A stretch of 63,302 nucleotides of DNA, filler included, from Octopus bimaculoides (lineage: Eukaryota), in the NCBI RefSeq assembly GCF_001194135.2. It is 6 parts of 6 records of this genome, joined end to end, with 100 filler letters (N's around TTAATTAATTAA, not from the genome) between each part and the next. Parts side by side here need not be neighbours in the genome. Positions count along the whole stretch, not along the records: positions 22,286 to 29,675 come from NC_068981.1; positions 29,776 to 48,577 come from NC_068993.1; 4 more parts are not named here. The stretch is one strand, 5' to 3'. Under the pieces are notes generated by a model that saw only the letters and a program-made list of their open reading frames with translations, ran no database searches and had not been told where the DNA came from. Below, piece after piece: positions 25,723 through 39,303 of this stretch; the first letter of the stretch is position 1; each line of letters opens with the position of its first letter. Made by a program: the position numbers and the translations under genes.

Positions 25723-28111
25723 GAATGATAATGACAAATTGAATAGGAAGACATTGAGAAGTAATGTAAATGTGAATCCAATAATTAAATTCCACTACAA
25801 ATCTCCCGCTGGAGAAGAATTTCTACAGCATGAAAATAATACATTTTCTCGCCAACCAAAGGGTATTCACGAGTTGCTCCTCCTGCAAAAATAGCTGAAT
25901 CCAACGGTGGCAACAGTGGCGACAGCGGCAGCGACGACGACGATTATGATGACAACGACGACGACAAGAATGACATACTGTTTACCAGATCCGAAATTTT
26001 AACATTGCTGAAGTATTGATTTCAAAAGATGGTAATATTGATGATGCTATTGGAAACATCGTGAAGAGATGCGAAAGAAATGATTCAGTGAATATACGCT
26101 ATTCTGTCAATGATATGCACAGAAATATGAAGAAAATAAAAGTAAAAATAAAGATACGATATAAATTTAGCTCACATTTAGTGCTGTACACTCTATTATT
26201 AGCTCTCAGCTAACACTCTATAGTCTAGCCGAGGATTATAATTAATTGGATCGACTCCAGAACATATATGCTACTAATTTTATCGTTATCTCACTTATAG
26301 TCGAAATACATTTATCTGCGAGATTAAGTCAGAATTAGAATTGCTATTTAAGCATTTATAAATTGCAAATTGCAATGCTTAGTTTTGTTTCATTGATTTC
26401 ATTGATAGCTGTACGAATATCAAAGAGAAAATGAAGTTTTATGAGACAAAGCATTTAATATAAGTCGTACAGTCGGAAAAAGCAGAATACAAAATGAATC
26501 ATATGTGTAGTATGCGAGATAGATAGTGTAGCACAATCAGGAGTCTAACAAACCAATTGCTCCACGGTATTTAGTTTCACCCCATTGCATTCTGAGGTCG
26601 AAATTGGGCCGAGATCAAGTGTCATCCTACTGGAAGCAGCAAAGAAGTACTCAGGATGTTATAATCCTTTCTACAATAGGCAAAAGTCCTGAAAATTTGG
26701 AGGCTAGTCGACAGTGCACATGAAACAAAGTCGGCTCCCTCGGAATTCGAATTCAGAATGTAAAGACGGACGAAATACCACAGAACATTTCATTTGGTGT
26801 GCTAACGATTCTGTCAGCTCACAGCCTTATTGAAGTTGTTAAAATGATCTGCTTCCTACCAACAAATTTGCCGATTTGTTATTACTCCGAATTCTTTTTT
26901 CAAAAGCAAATACATAAATTATCAGAATATAAAATAGCAAGATATATAGAATGCAACCATCTTGTACCGAGTGTATTTATTCTAGGAACTGCATGGGCAG
27001 GTAGTTAAATGGAATTGTTTTATTTTCTTTTAATCCATGACGGTTACTGTTCACTTAATGAACATATATTCAAAGTATTCGTTGTACAGTTAATACACTA
27101 GACTTTTGCACCCATTAGTAAAAGTCCTTCATTTTCTTAATCACCGTTTGTGTGTAATCCAACAGTGATCCAGTTTTAAAAAGGAATGTTATTTAAAGTG
27201 AAAATGAATGGGAGCTAAATACAAGAAAAGGAAAGAGAGAAAACAAAGAGGGCTGATTGTACATTTATCTTTTATTTTTGTATTTACTATTTTTCACGTA
27301 AAACTTAAGCTTTTAGAAGACATTTTTCTCTAAAACAGGATACATGGGAGGTTAGTAAAAGCTGATAAAACTATTTCTCGTGGACAATGAACAGCACAAA
27401 GAAATTAATACTGATTTCACTGCTTTTATATTTCCCGTTTCTTTAGCTTTGTCATACTTTTGTCTTGTTCTTTTTCATTCCTTTAGAGGTTAATGTAAAC
27501 TGTCACATCCATGTAAAATGTGGGAATATGAGTAATGAGAAGAAAAGATGATGAAAATATTATAACGGCTTAAGGATTATGCAAAGAGAGTATTTCTCGT
27601 ATAAAACATTAAAAACAAGAGCAACAAAATATATATGTGTGTGTGTATGAAGAAATAAAAAAAAACATTCAGTAATGTGTGCTGCATCACGTAATCTCCT
27701 TAATTTGTAACACACAAGATAACATTACCACATGCAGTTGGAACAATGTGATGTTTTACAATTGTGTTTAAAGAAGTATGAAACATATGCCCCTTGCGTT
27801 GGGCTAATGCTGACTAAAGCCTTTGAATGATGCCGTACGTATGTTTACCTGACCCCTGTGTAACACTACAAATCATACCTAACATTTATCAGTTGAAGTT
27901 TTGATTATATTCTTAATGAGACATGTAAACTTCCGTTTTGTTTAGGGTTTAACCATTAAGCAATGATTCGAGAATTTAGATGTTTTGTTTTCATATCTAA
28001 CATCTTTTTTATGTCGGCCGATAAATTTGTACAATTTCTCTTAAAGATAAGCTGGAAATACGTTCATGTATACATAAATACATGCATAAAATACATACAT
28101 ACATACATACA

Positions 28112-28486
28112 CTGTTGGCACTCCGTCGCTTGCGACGTCGAGGGTTCCAGTTGATCCGATCAACGGGACAGCCTGCTCGTGAAATTAACGCGCAAGTGGC
28201 TTGAGCACTCCACAGACACGTCTACCCTTAACGTAGTTCTCGGGGATATTCAGCGTGACACAGTGTGACAAGGCTGACCATTTGAATTACAGGCACAACA
28301 GAAACAGGAAGTAAGAGTGGGAGAAAGTTGTGGTGAAAGAGTACAGCAGGTTTCGCCACCACCCCCTGCCGGAGCCTCGTGGAGCTTTTAGGTGTTTTCG
28401 CTCAATAAGCACTCAAAACGCCCGGTCTGGGTATCGAAACCGCGATCCTATGACCACGAGTCCGCTGCCCTAACCACTGGGCCATT
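28112..28486 (-). mobile_element. Near full-length SINE family A inserted in an (ATAC)n microsatellite
   Basis: A/B-box head at the right end and tail at the left end, with (ATAC)n on both flanks. Confidence 0.85.
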
Positions 28487-28666
28487 ACACATACATACAT
28501 ACATACATACATACATACAAACATACACACACAGACAGACAGACACTGACACTTTTACAGGTATGCACAAAAGCACATGCAGGTATGAATGTATGCGCGT
28601 ATAAAGCTGAAAAGATTTCGGAAACTCGATAGGGGGTCAAGATTCGACAAGGTATGTATATCAAAA

Positions 28667-28862
28667 TAAGGTGGCGAGCTAGCAGAAACGTTAGCACGCC
28701 GGGCGAAATGCTGAGCGGTATTTCTTCTGCCGTTATTTTCTGAGTTCAAATTCCGCCGAGGTCGACTTTGCCTTTCATCCTTTCGGGGTCGATAGATTAA
28801 GTACCAGTTACGCACTGTCCTTGTTTGTCCCCTCTATGTTTAGCCCCTTGTGGGCAAGAAAT
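28667..28862 (+). mobile_element. SINE family C (young copy, alternative tail)
   Basis: AAGGTGGCGAGCTAGCAGAAACGTTAGCACGCCGGGCG...GAGTTCAAATTCCGCCGAGGTCGACTTTGCCTTTCATCCTTTCGGGGTCGATA. Confidence 0.85.
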
Positions 28863-28976
28863 AAATACGATATGTATATCAAATACCCCTCATTTAGTAA
28901 TTACTACTTCCAAGGTCCTGCTAGCTAGGAAACATGTAGCCTGGATTTTACCAGCTCCATTCCCTAAATTTGGATG

Positions 28977-29038
<62 letters not shown>

Positions 29039-29039
29039 A

Positions 29040-29217
<178 letters not shown>

Positions 29218-29426
29218 GTATATATATATGTACATATATATCCCAACACCACCACACCATACACCACCATACCACACAACACCACATCACATCACACTAC
29301 TACGCACACACTAGCAATGACCACTTCCCAGCCCCACATCATGATCCACACACCTACTCATACACACACACACGTCAAGGTCACCAGCCCTCTTCCACGC
29401 GCACATACATGCTCTCTTATACATAG

Positions 29427-29660
29427 CACGCGCACGTTAGTTTTGGGATCACCACGACTTTATTATCTCCCCTTCTTCCTAGCTCTCCTCTGTGAGACCC
29501 CTCTGTCCGGCATTCACCGTGATAGATCGCTAGCCACTAAACATTCTTTATTTTCAATCCTAAAGACTTTTTCACTTCCCGAGCGTTAAACTAATACATC
29601 TGTTTGTTGTCTACACCACCTGACTTCGTCTTTTGCTTTTTTTCTGTGAATTCTCCCCTA
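29427..29660. repeat. Interspersed repeat; an inverted partial copy lies at 36957-37070
   Basis: CTAATACATCTGTTTGTTGTCTACACCACCTG.CTTC.TCTTTTG...GTGAATTCTCCCCTATATAT is the reverse complement of 36957-37035. Both copies end in (TA)n. Confidence 0.75.
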
Positions 29661-29775
29661 TATATATATATATATNNNNNNNNNNNNNNNNNNNNNNNNN
29701 NNNNNNNNNNNNNNNNNNNTTAATTAATTAANNNNNNNNNNNNNNNNNNNNNNNNNNNNNNNNNNNNNNNNNNNN

Positions 29776-29891
29776 GGTATTGCTGCTGCTTTACTGAGGG
29801 GCAGAGAAGGAGGTAGTGGTTTTGGTAGTTGTGATAGACTCAGATACAAGTGGTGGCGGTGGTGGTGGTGGTGAGGATGGGTAGAAGTTGT

Positions 29892-29923
<32 letters not shown>

Positions 29924-30330
29924 TGGTGCAGCTGGTTGTAGGGAGAAAAGAACAGAATTTCTGCTGATGATGAAGTTCTGCACTGTTGATAGATGTTGAT
30001 GATGATGATGATGATAATGAGGTAGAGGAGGAGGATTATGATGGTGGTGGTAGTAGTGATGATGATGATGATGGCATCAGTAGCTGTTAAAATATGCTAA
30101 AGATGATGGTGATGATGATAGAGATAATGAACATATGTAATTTAAAGATGATGATGATGATGATGATGGTGATGATGTTTATGAGAACATAAAAAGTTGT
30201 TTTTTGTCTTTTTTCTTCCTTTAGGTTTTAATTTCTTTTTCTCTTCTTCTCTTCTTCTTGACTTCTTTCCCCCCTCCACTTTAACTGACACTACTACTAC
30301 TATTACTACTACCACCACCACTCCCTCATG
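29776..30330. repeat. Compound trinucleotide low-complexity region (GGT/GGC/GAT, then CTA/CCA)
   Basis: Seen directly. Confidence 0.85.
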
Positions 30331-31755
30331 CTGCTAGTCTTGGCGGCTCCCCCCCTTACATCCCCCCCATCCTATCTCTCCTCTGCCCCCTCCACCACTC
30401 AAAGCTTCTCTATAGCAACCAGCCACATCATATTTCTTCACTTGATGTATTTTCCTTGTGTGGTAGTTGGAGGAAAAGAGGAAGAAAGAAAGAAAGAAAG
30501 AACGGGAGTAGAACTTCTTTTTCTCTTTTCTTTTCTCTTTCTTCTTCTTCTTCCTCTTCTCTCTCTCAAAGACTTGTTTGGTTTATTCTGACTGTTGATA
30601 AAAGAAAACTTTTGATAGATTATTCCATTCTGTTAGTTTGAGAAGGGGTGGACAGCATTGCCACTAGCTTCCTACTCAAAATGAAAAGGAAAACACCTTT
30701 GTAGAGCATTCTGTGCATGATAAACACAGGAGGGCCACACATGTATATTGTGAGTCGAAAACTTTGACTGGTTGAGATTATCAAAACAATTAGGGAACAA
30801 AAACTCCCTTTTTGGGTGTTTAAAAAGGTTGAAAACCAAGTAAGGTAGCATCACTAAGATCAGTTGATTACAATTTTTGATTTGAGGAATGGTGTCTGCA
30901 CAGCCTGGATCTGTCTTTAAAACCATCTGGTCAAAGCCTCATACATGTTTTGGTCTTATGAGATCTCATCAGCCTAACATTCTGTTCTGTTGAGAAAATT
31001 CATTTGAATAAAATGAATAGACTATGCTTCAGTGAGGAGGAGGTGAGGAAAGTCTAATAAAACCTCATGTGGAAAGACCTTCCAGCCATGGCCAGCCTCC
31101 CTATTGATTTTATATTCTATTTATTTATTAATGCAGACATAATGCATTTAAGACTACGTTTTCTGTTTAAGATAATAACTCTTTAATATTTAAACTGGCT
31201 CCATGTGGCCCAAATATTCTACCTGTTTTGTGTTCAAACTGACCAGATCTGGCCTCTCACACTTACTCTGTAATGTCATTCTAAAAATAGACAATCACAT
31301 CTTTGAAATTACAAAGCTACAAAATTATAAGGGATTGAATTTTAAAAATATGAATAAATTTGATGAAATCATGTAAATGTTGAAGAGGGATCTGGGGGAG
31401 ATTTGGCAGCTAAATCTAGCTGATCAAACGAGTATGTAAAGCATGGGCGGGAATTATTTTCTAACTCTTCATGAATTGAAGCCACATTACCAAAATGATT
31501 GCCAGACATCCGAGAAAATGCATTAAACAATTCAGAAACATTTAAAAAATAAAATTAAAAAAAAAGACATTAATTGCAAATTTTTTTGAGAAAATGTCTT
31601 GTTTACCATAACATTAGTTGTGGCCCTACATGTCTTAAAGGGCTACATGTGGTCAGAGTGCTACATGTGGCCCATGTCTAACATAGAAGTTCTCTTGCCT
31701 GTTCATCATAACTGCACACGTAAGACATAAATGGCATAAAGCATTTCGCCCCACA

Positions 31756-31803
31756 TGCTAACCATTCTGCTAACCATTCTGCTAACCATTCTGCTAACCA
31801 TTC
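31756..31803. repeat. (TGCTAACCATTC)x4 expanded inside a reverse SINE C head fragment
   Basis: The flanks GCATTTCGCCC...ATGCTAAC and CTGCCAGCTTGCTGCCTT are the reverse complement of the family C head. Confidence 0.75.
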
Positions 31804-31825
31804 TGCCAGCTTGCTGCCTTTGAAG

Positions 31826-32220
31826 CACCAAGAATTATCAACCAATAATTATCAACCAATAATTATCAACCAATAATTATCAACCAATAACTATCAACCA
31901 ATAATTATTAACCAATAACTATCAACCAATAATTATTAACCAATAATTATCAACCAATAATTATCAACCAATAATTATCAACCAATAACTATCAACCAAT
32001 AATTATTAACCAATAACTATCAACCAATAATTATTAACCAATAATTATCAACCAATAATTATCAAGCAATAATTATCAACCAATAATCATTAACCAATAA
32101 TTATCAACCAATAATCATTAACCAATAATTATTAACTAATAATTATTAACCAATAATTATGAACCAATAATTATTAACTAATAATTATTAACCAAGAATT
32201 ATCAACCAATAATTATCAAC
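31826..32220. repeat. 14-bp minisatellite (ACCAATAATTATCA), about 28 copies
   Basis: Seen directly; variant units AACTATC and TATTA recur. Confidence 0.95.
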
Positions 32221-32744
32221 AACAGGTATTTTTTGTGTCAAACTATTCTGAAATTTGAAAAGTCTTGAGCAGGAAACTCTTCACTTAATATTTTGTAATC
32301 AGGGCATCTGATTAATGATGCAGATGAGCAGCTTGTTATCAAACGAGTTTTAGATTAAATAGAAACAGCCAGCAAGTATTTCACCAACATCTGATCTTCA
32401 TTATTTCTGGAATATTTTAGAGGTTATATAATTGGTGAGGTAATTTGGTTCATCTGAAGAATGGTCAAACCCAATTAATTCAATACTTTGGTATTTTAGC
32501 AGCCAAAGCCATACTGGGGTACCGCCAGTTTTGTTTAGACACTAATTTACCAATCCTTGTTTTTACATCTTAGTTTACGTGCCTTATCGTATCCTGGATC
32601 GGACACAAGACCATTTCCTTCTTTTCCTGTTTTCTTCCTGCATATCGCACCCGTTACACCTCATCGTTTAATGTTGTTGCCAGGTTTTATCAATCTCTAC
32701 ATGCATGTTTATTGGTCAGTACCTATGTGTAAATATATCGGTTT

Positions 32745-33110
32745 TTAATTTCAGCTCAAGGCCAGCAATTTCAGGGGAGGTGGGGGGTCATTGATTAAGT
32801 CGATTGCAATACTCAACTGGTGTTTATTTCATTGACCTCGAAAGTATGAAAGGCAAGGTCGACCCTGGTGGGATTTGAACTCAAAGATGGACGAAATGCC
32901 TCTAAGCATTTTGCCTGGTGTGCTAACGATTCTGCTCGTTAGCTGGCTTCATTTGTGTAAATATATTGATATGGACATGTGGTTAAGGTGCTTGTTTTAT
33001 AACCTCTTGGTTCTGAGTTCAGTTCCACTGCATAGCACCTTTGATAATTGTCTTCTACAATAACCTCAAGCTGACCAAAGCCTTCAGTGGATTTGGTAGA
33101 TGGAAACTGT
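32745..33110. mobile_element. SINE family C (minus, ~32745-32940) and degenerate family B 5' half (plus, ~32975-33110)
   Basis: GGCAAGGTCGACCCTGGTGGGATTTGAACTC (family C, reverse); GTGGATTTGGTAGATGGAAACTG followed by (TG)n (family B). Confidence 0.65.
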
Positions 33111-34203
33111 GTGTTTGTGTGTGTGTATGTGTGTGTATATGTGTGTGTGTATGTGTGTGTGTGTTTGGTCATGATCAAAGTGCTCCAGTTGTGGCTATTT
33201 CATTGATTTTCTTTCTTTTCTTTTGCTCCCACCAACAGACAAAGCCACCCACCTTTTTTTCTCTGTGTATGTCTTGTCTTTTAGACCAAACAAAATGTCT
33301 GAATCAAGACATTCACAGCTGATTCTCACAAATAAAAAAAACGTTTCATAATCTTTACTCAAGTGTCTGTCTGTTCNNNNNNNNNNNNNNNNNNNNNNNN
33401 NNNNNNNNNNNNNNNNNNNNNNNNNNNNNNNNNNNNNNNNNNNNNNNNNNNNNNNNNNNNNNNNNNNNNNNNNNNNNNNNNNNNNNNNNNNNNNNNNNNN
33501 NNNNNNNNNNNNNNNNNNNNNNNNNNNNNNNNNNNNNNNNNNNNNNNNNNNNNNNNNNNNNNNNNNNNNNNNNNNNNNNNNNNNNNNNNNNNNNNNNNNN
33601 NNNNNNNNNNNNNNNNNNNNNNNNNNNNNNNNNNNNNNNNNNNNNNNNNNNNNNNNNNNNNNNNNNNNNNNNNNNNNNNNNNNNNNNNNNNNNNNNNNNN
33701 NNNNNNNNNNNNNNNNNNNNNNNNNNNNNNNNNNNNNNNNNNNNNNNNNNNNNNNNNNNNNNNNNNNNNNNNNNNNNNNNNNNNNNNNNNNNNNNNNNNN
33801 NNNNNNNNNNNNNNNNNNNNNNNNNNNNNNNNNNNNNNNNNNNNNNNNNNNNNNNNNNNNNNNNNNNNNNNNNNNNNNNNNNNNNNNNNNNNNNNNNNNN
33901 NNNNNNNNNNNNNNNNNNNNNNNNNNNNNNNNNNNNNNNNNNNNNNNNNNNNNNNNNNNNNNNNNNNNNNNNNNNNNNNNNNNNNNNNNNNNNNNNNTGT
34001 GTGCATGCCTGTGTGTGTTGTGTGTGTGTGTATATTTATACCATTATTAATAAAATCGGCTAATTTTCTGTTACTTTAAATTTCTTGCCAATAAGGCAAT
34101 CATTAGATAGTATTTAAGTAAAGAAGTTTTCCAAAGACTATGATTTTATCTCAAGCATTCCCTAGCACCAGAATGTAGGTTGCAAACTCTTGGTTGATCC
34201 ATC

Positions 34204-34242
<39 letters not shown>

Positions 34243-35024
34243 CATCATCATCATCATCCTCTTCAATATTATTTTACATCTGCTTTCCATGCTGGCATGG
34301 GTCAGGTGGATCATCACATTATAACTGGAGATTCTGCCCTTCTCGACGGGTCACTGTGCCTCTCTCAGACATTCCATTCTTGGCATGAATTCTACAGCTG
34401 AATACCTTTCACTGATTGTATCAGGTTCGTTTTAATCATGGTCCCTTTCGAATGCTGTCTGATGACATTCCTTGTTATACAGAATACCTGATAGAGGTGA
34501 AGGGGTGATGACAAGGGGGTGGGGCATGTATACTCTCTGGGTATACACACTGAGTGAAATGGCAAGAGAATCTAACTTATTTAAACAATTGCCTGAGGAG
34601 GCACATTTTACACCATGGATATGAGATAATGATTGCAAATCATCTCACCTGTGTAGTAAAGGTGTAAGAGTGGGTCGAAACAATTGTAGTGATTTTGAAT
34701 AAAGAATGTTGCTAATTCTATTGTCTGTCATCTGTCTATTTATATAAACTCTTCAGCTACTATGGAATTCTTGTACATTCAGTAATGCAAGCATTTCCAA
34801 TGTAGGATGACATCAGGTAGCCAATAACTGCGGATGAACTTTGTAAAGCATTCTACAGGCTCTTTACTTGAATCTTACATATGCATACATACATACATAC
34901 ACACATGTGTGTGTGCGTGTGTGTGTGTGGATGTGTGCATGCATGCGTGTATCTGTGTAAGTTTAAATGCATATGTTTAATATATATATTTATGATATAA
35001 AAGAACAAATGAGGTCTGCTGGTT

Positions 35025-35073
<49 letters not shown>

Positions 35074-37049
35074 CTGTTGGCAACCAAGCATCAGCCATTG
35101 ATTTTCATTTGAAAAGAGACAGAAATTGAGTTATAAAATGTGAACAGTCGAGATATTGTAAATGTCTAATATTCTATAAAACTTCTGATTGGTTTTACTG
35201 TTTAAGATCAGTAAATCAATCAGATACAATGAATTTATTATGGCTTCCTCTATAGAATTCGTTTTTGTGATAATATTTTGTAAACCATTTCAAATATCTT
35301 GTTTTCCAGGTGAAATAGTTACATTCCACTCCTCAGTTATACATAGTCGTAATGGTACGTTGTGCAGCAAGGAATAATTTAAGGGGTTCATAATATGAGT
35401 AGAATCCTTTCTATTGATTAGTCTTGGACTTTTAGCACATTTAAAGACCTTGTTCTTTGTCCATCTATTGGGTTGGCAACTAAGTTCCTGCCGTTTTAGA
35501 CCCAAGCCCTAGGGCTTGCACATGGAAAGAAAAGGAAGAGGATACGGAGTGTCAGTAGGTGTAGTAAATGGTGCATACTGATGTGGTACCTGTTAATCAA
35601 ACAGAGATGAAGGCTAAAACAAGAAATAATATTTCAAAGGTACCTAATTTGAGAAGAGGTACTTGCAGGTGTTCTGTGATGTAATCAGTAATGCAGTTAC
35701 ACCTGGCAAGTGATAGATGTCAGGTTCATATCCCAACAGTGCTGATTGTTTCTGTCTCTGGGGATTGAAATGTCTAATAACAGTTTGCTTCTTTTTCTCT
35801 TTGTGCAAAAAAAAAAAAAAGAAAAAAAAGGTTTCCATTCTCAACTTTCACTTTCATAAATAAAAGAAAAAAAACATTTTATTTGTTACTTTTCTTTCAT
35901 TCATTTTATAAACAATAACATCACCTGCTAAAGGTTTCCAGCATGCTAATCAATACTTAATTAAGTTCTGATGGTGAGGGATACAATAAAGACGATTTGT
36001 GTGAAATAAGTACCACCAGGTATTTTTGTTAGAATGCACCAGTTTATCAGTTTTCTTACCAATTTCTACATTTTTTCAGTAAAATAGTTTGGAAAAAGAC
36101 ATGTACACACACACACACACACACACACCAACTTTCTGTACTGTTTCCTTCTACCATACTTCATTGACCAAATATTTTTGACCTGTGACATCAGTAGAAT
36201 AAATAAACTTGCTTAAGGTTCTACACTACTGTGGGCCCAAGCCAGAAGCATGTGAGAGAAAGAACAAACTCCACAACCACTNNNNNNNNNNNNNNNNNNN
36301 NNNNNNNNNNNNNNNNNNNNNNNNNNNNNNNNNNNNNNNNNNNNNNNNNNNNNNNNNNNNNNNNNNNNNNNNNNNNNNNNNNNNNNNNNNNNNNNNNNNN
36401 NNNNNNNNNNNNNNNNNNNNNNNNNNNNNNNNNNNNNNNNNNNNNNNNNNNNNNNNNNNNNNNNNNNNNNNNNNNNNNNNNNNNNNNNNNNNNNNNNNNN
36501 NNNNNNNNNNNNNNNNNNNNNNNNNNNNNNNNNNNNNNNNNNNNNNNNNNNNNNNNNNNNNNNNNNNNNNNNNNNNNNNNNNNNNNNNNNNNNNNNNNNN
36601 NNNNNNNNNNNNNNNNNNNNNNNNNNNNNNNNNNNNNNNNNNNNNNNNNNNNNNNNNNNNNNNNNNNNNNNNNNNNNNNNNNNNNNNNNNNNNNNNNNNN
36701 NNNNNNNNNNNNNNNNNNNNNNNNNNNNNNNNNNNNNNNNNNNNNNNNNNNNNNNNNNNNNNNNNNNNNNNNNNNNNNNNNNNNNNNNNNNNNNNNNNNN
36801 NNNNNNNNNNNNNNNNNNNNNNNNNNNNNNNNNNNNNNNNNNNNNNNNNNNNNNNNNNNNNNNNNNNNNNNNNNNNNNNNNNNNNNNNNNNNNNNNNNNN
36901 NNNNNNNNNNNNNNNNNNNNNNNNNNNNNNNNNNNNNNNNNNNNNNNNNNNNNNNAGATATATATAGGGGGAGAATTCACAAAAAAACAAAAGATGAAGA
37001 CAGGTGGTGTAGACAACAAACAGATGTATTAGTATAACTCTTGGGAAGT

Positions 37050-37430
37050 GAAAAAGTCTTTAACTTGACTCTTAGCAAAATACTCCCCCTGCAGCTGGCT
37101 TATCAAGAAGATGGCATCAGTTCTGCGTTTCCCTGATACAAAACCCAACTTGCATTGCATCTTGGATGACTTTCTCAAACCGATTCGGCTCTAACTCTTA
37201 CTATGACTTTCTTGACCAAATCCAGCAATTTGATACCGACCTCACCCTCCACCGTACTTCCCTGTGTTGAAGTCATCTCCTTTACCCTTGTAACATCTGA
37301 GTACAATGTTGTTAGACCAGTCATTGATTACAACCTGATCGACAAGTCTGTAGCCTTTCCTGACAGACATCTTAGACATTCTTGCTGATAATTCCAGATG
37401 CAATCACACCCTTTAAGTGCTTTTTTTCCC
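37050..37430 (-). mobile_element. Decayed RTE-clade LINE RT fragment
   Basis: NDWSNNIVLRCYKGKGD...IKLLDLVKKVIVRV...MQVGFVSG..TDAIFLISQLQGEYFAK. Confidence 0.8.
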
Positions 37431-39268
37431 CTTCCTTTCATAAACTCACATGGCCTGCTAAACTGCCTTACAATCCAGAACACCTAACGCCTTCCACAAC
37501 CGGCTCTCTCTCTCTGCTTTTCTCTCTCTCTGCTTTTCTCTCTCTCTGCTTTTCTCTCTCTCTGTTTTTCTCTCTCCCCGCTTTTCTCTCTCTCTGTACT
37601 TTCTCTCTCTCTCTTTCCTCCCCTCTCTCTCCTCCCATTCTCTTTAACTGTGACTAACTTTTCAAATAACAGCATGAATAAGGAACAAGCCATTAAAATA
37701 TTAACTGGAAGTTGTTGTTATGATTTTAACCCCAGGCCAGTGAGATATGAGTACGCAGACTTGTGATCAATGGCATTCTAACCATGACCATCCCTGTTTT
37801 GTATATCAAAGATTACATTCGCCTCCTTCATTTTTTAAAGACTGTAGGGTGTGAATTTGACTGCTATTTTTAGTATGTCAAGTAGCTGTGTAGAAGACCC
37901 CTTAGTTATGATACTGTCTTTCCCTTTTTTCTTCTCAAGAAATACCACTGAAATTCAATCTGTATTTTATAGTAGTTACTTCCTGAATTAAATGTATAAA
38001 TTTAAAAAAGTAATTACTTTTTTTATTTATTTTGAAATGGACCCAAACTTCCTTTTACAGGATTTCGTTTTTGTGGAGAGTAAACCATTAATGTTGAATG
38101 ATGTTCATTCTATTTTGTAAGGGGATTTCTTGAAAATTTACTATTAATATTGTAAAAGTAGCATCAAGCAGAGAACTGGTTTAATCAGTGGGATCCTTGG
38201 CTAAATATCTGACTTTATTTGTGGGGTTAAGTTTGAGGATAACATATGGAATGCCGTAGGCAAGAAAATTACATAATTAGGGTAAAGTCTAGTCTTTTCT
38301 GTTTGCAGAATCAGTCTTTTCATACGAGTTTTCTTGATATTATTTCTCTGAAATAAATGCAGAGTTTATTCTGATTGGATTTGAAACAAGATCCATCAGA
38401 TCTTGGGAACTTAACTGTAGCAGCTTCATTAATTTAATTTAACAAAGAAAGTGTAAAACTTTGCATTACTTTCCATGAAAACGGTTTCTGTTATACATTT
38501 GAAGTGAAGGATTGAAATAAAGGAACAAAAACAAGTGCATCTCCATGGCAAGANNNNNNNNNNNNNNNNNNNNNCCCCCGGTGCCACTACTTCTCACCAA
38601 ACTCTGGTAGAATGCAGAAACTAAGGACATGAAGACTATATGTAACAATTAGCAAATATTCTCTTGAAGGCAGAAACCAGAAGTACTGTAGATTCTAGAT
38701 TCCTGTAGAAGATTGTCTTTCAAAATAATACACATTGGGTCAAGCAGAGTATAAGGCAAGTTCAGGTTGAGGGTGGTTTGGCTACTCTCTCTACCATCTA
38801 GAGGGGTCCTCATTGACTCATCTCGAAAATCATAATATATAAGAACTGATTCATTACTATAAATTTAGATGTAGAAACTAGTAGAAACTAGAAACTCGTA
38901 GAAACTAGTAGATTTACTCTTCATGTTCCTGTTACCACCCACCCTTATTAAACAACTTCTTTAAATGTTGGTTTTCTTTTCTTATTCAGGGTGGTCTTAT
39001 ATTTGAACATGAAGTTTTGGTCCATGTGAAGAAACGGGTTTAGAAATTGTAATTTCTTTGCAGTCTGGCTGCTGCAAAATATCAAAAGGGTTAGGGTTAG
39101 GGTCAGAACAACATAAAGGGAGTCATAAACACCCAGTTTAGGTACTCTTAGCATAGGAATTGCCTGTTCAGTTTAAAGGGGTCACTCAGCTGTTGAGTGT
39201 TTATTATTTCTCAGGGGACCTCTTCAGATATCCTGTCTGTAACATCTCTATATGAATTTGTGTCTATA

Positions 39269-39303
<35 letters not shown>

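Noticed and set aside
31826-32220. CRISPR-like or other prokaryotic array
   Set aside because: The units are head-to-tail with no unique spacers, and the context is eukaryotic with no cas genes. No rRNA or genuine tRNA genes were seen either; tRNA-like segments are SINE heads.
35466-35497. Mariner-like terminal repeat TATTGGGTTGGCAACTAAGTTCCTGCCGTTTT
   Set aside because: It resembles the 4288 TIR, but I found no partner TIR or transposase sequence. A similar lone mariner-like end may lie at ~560-640.
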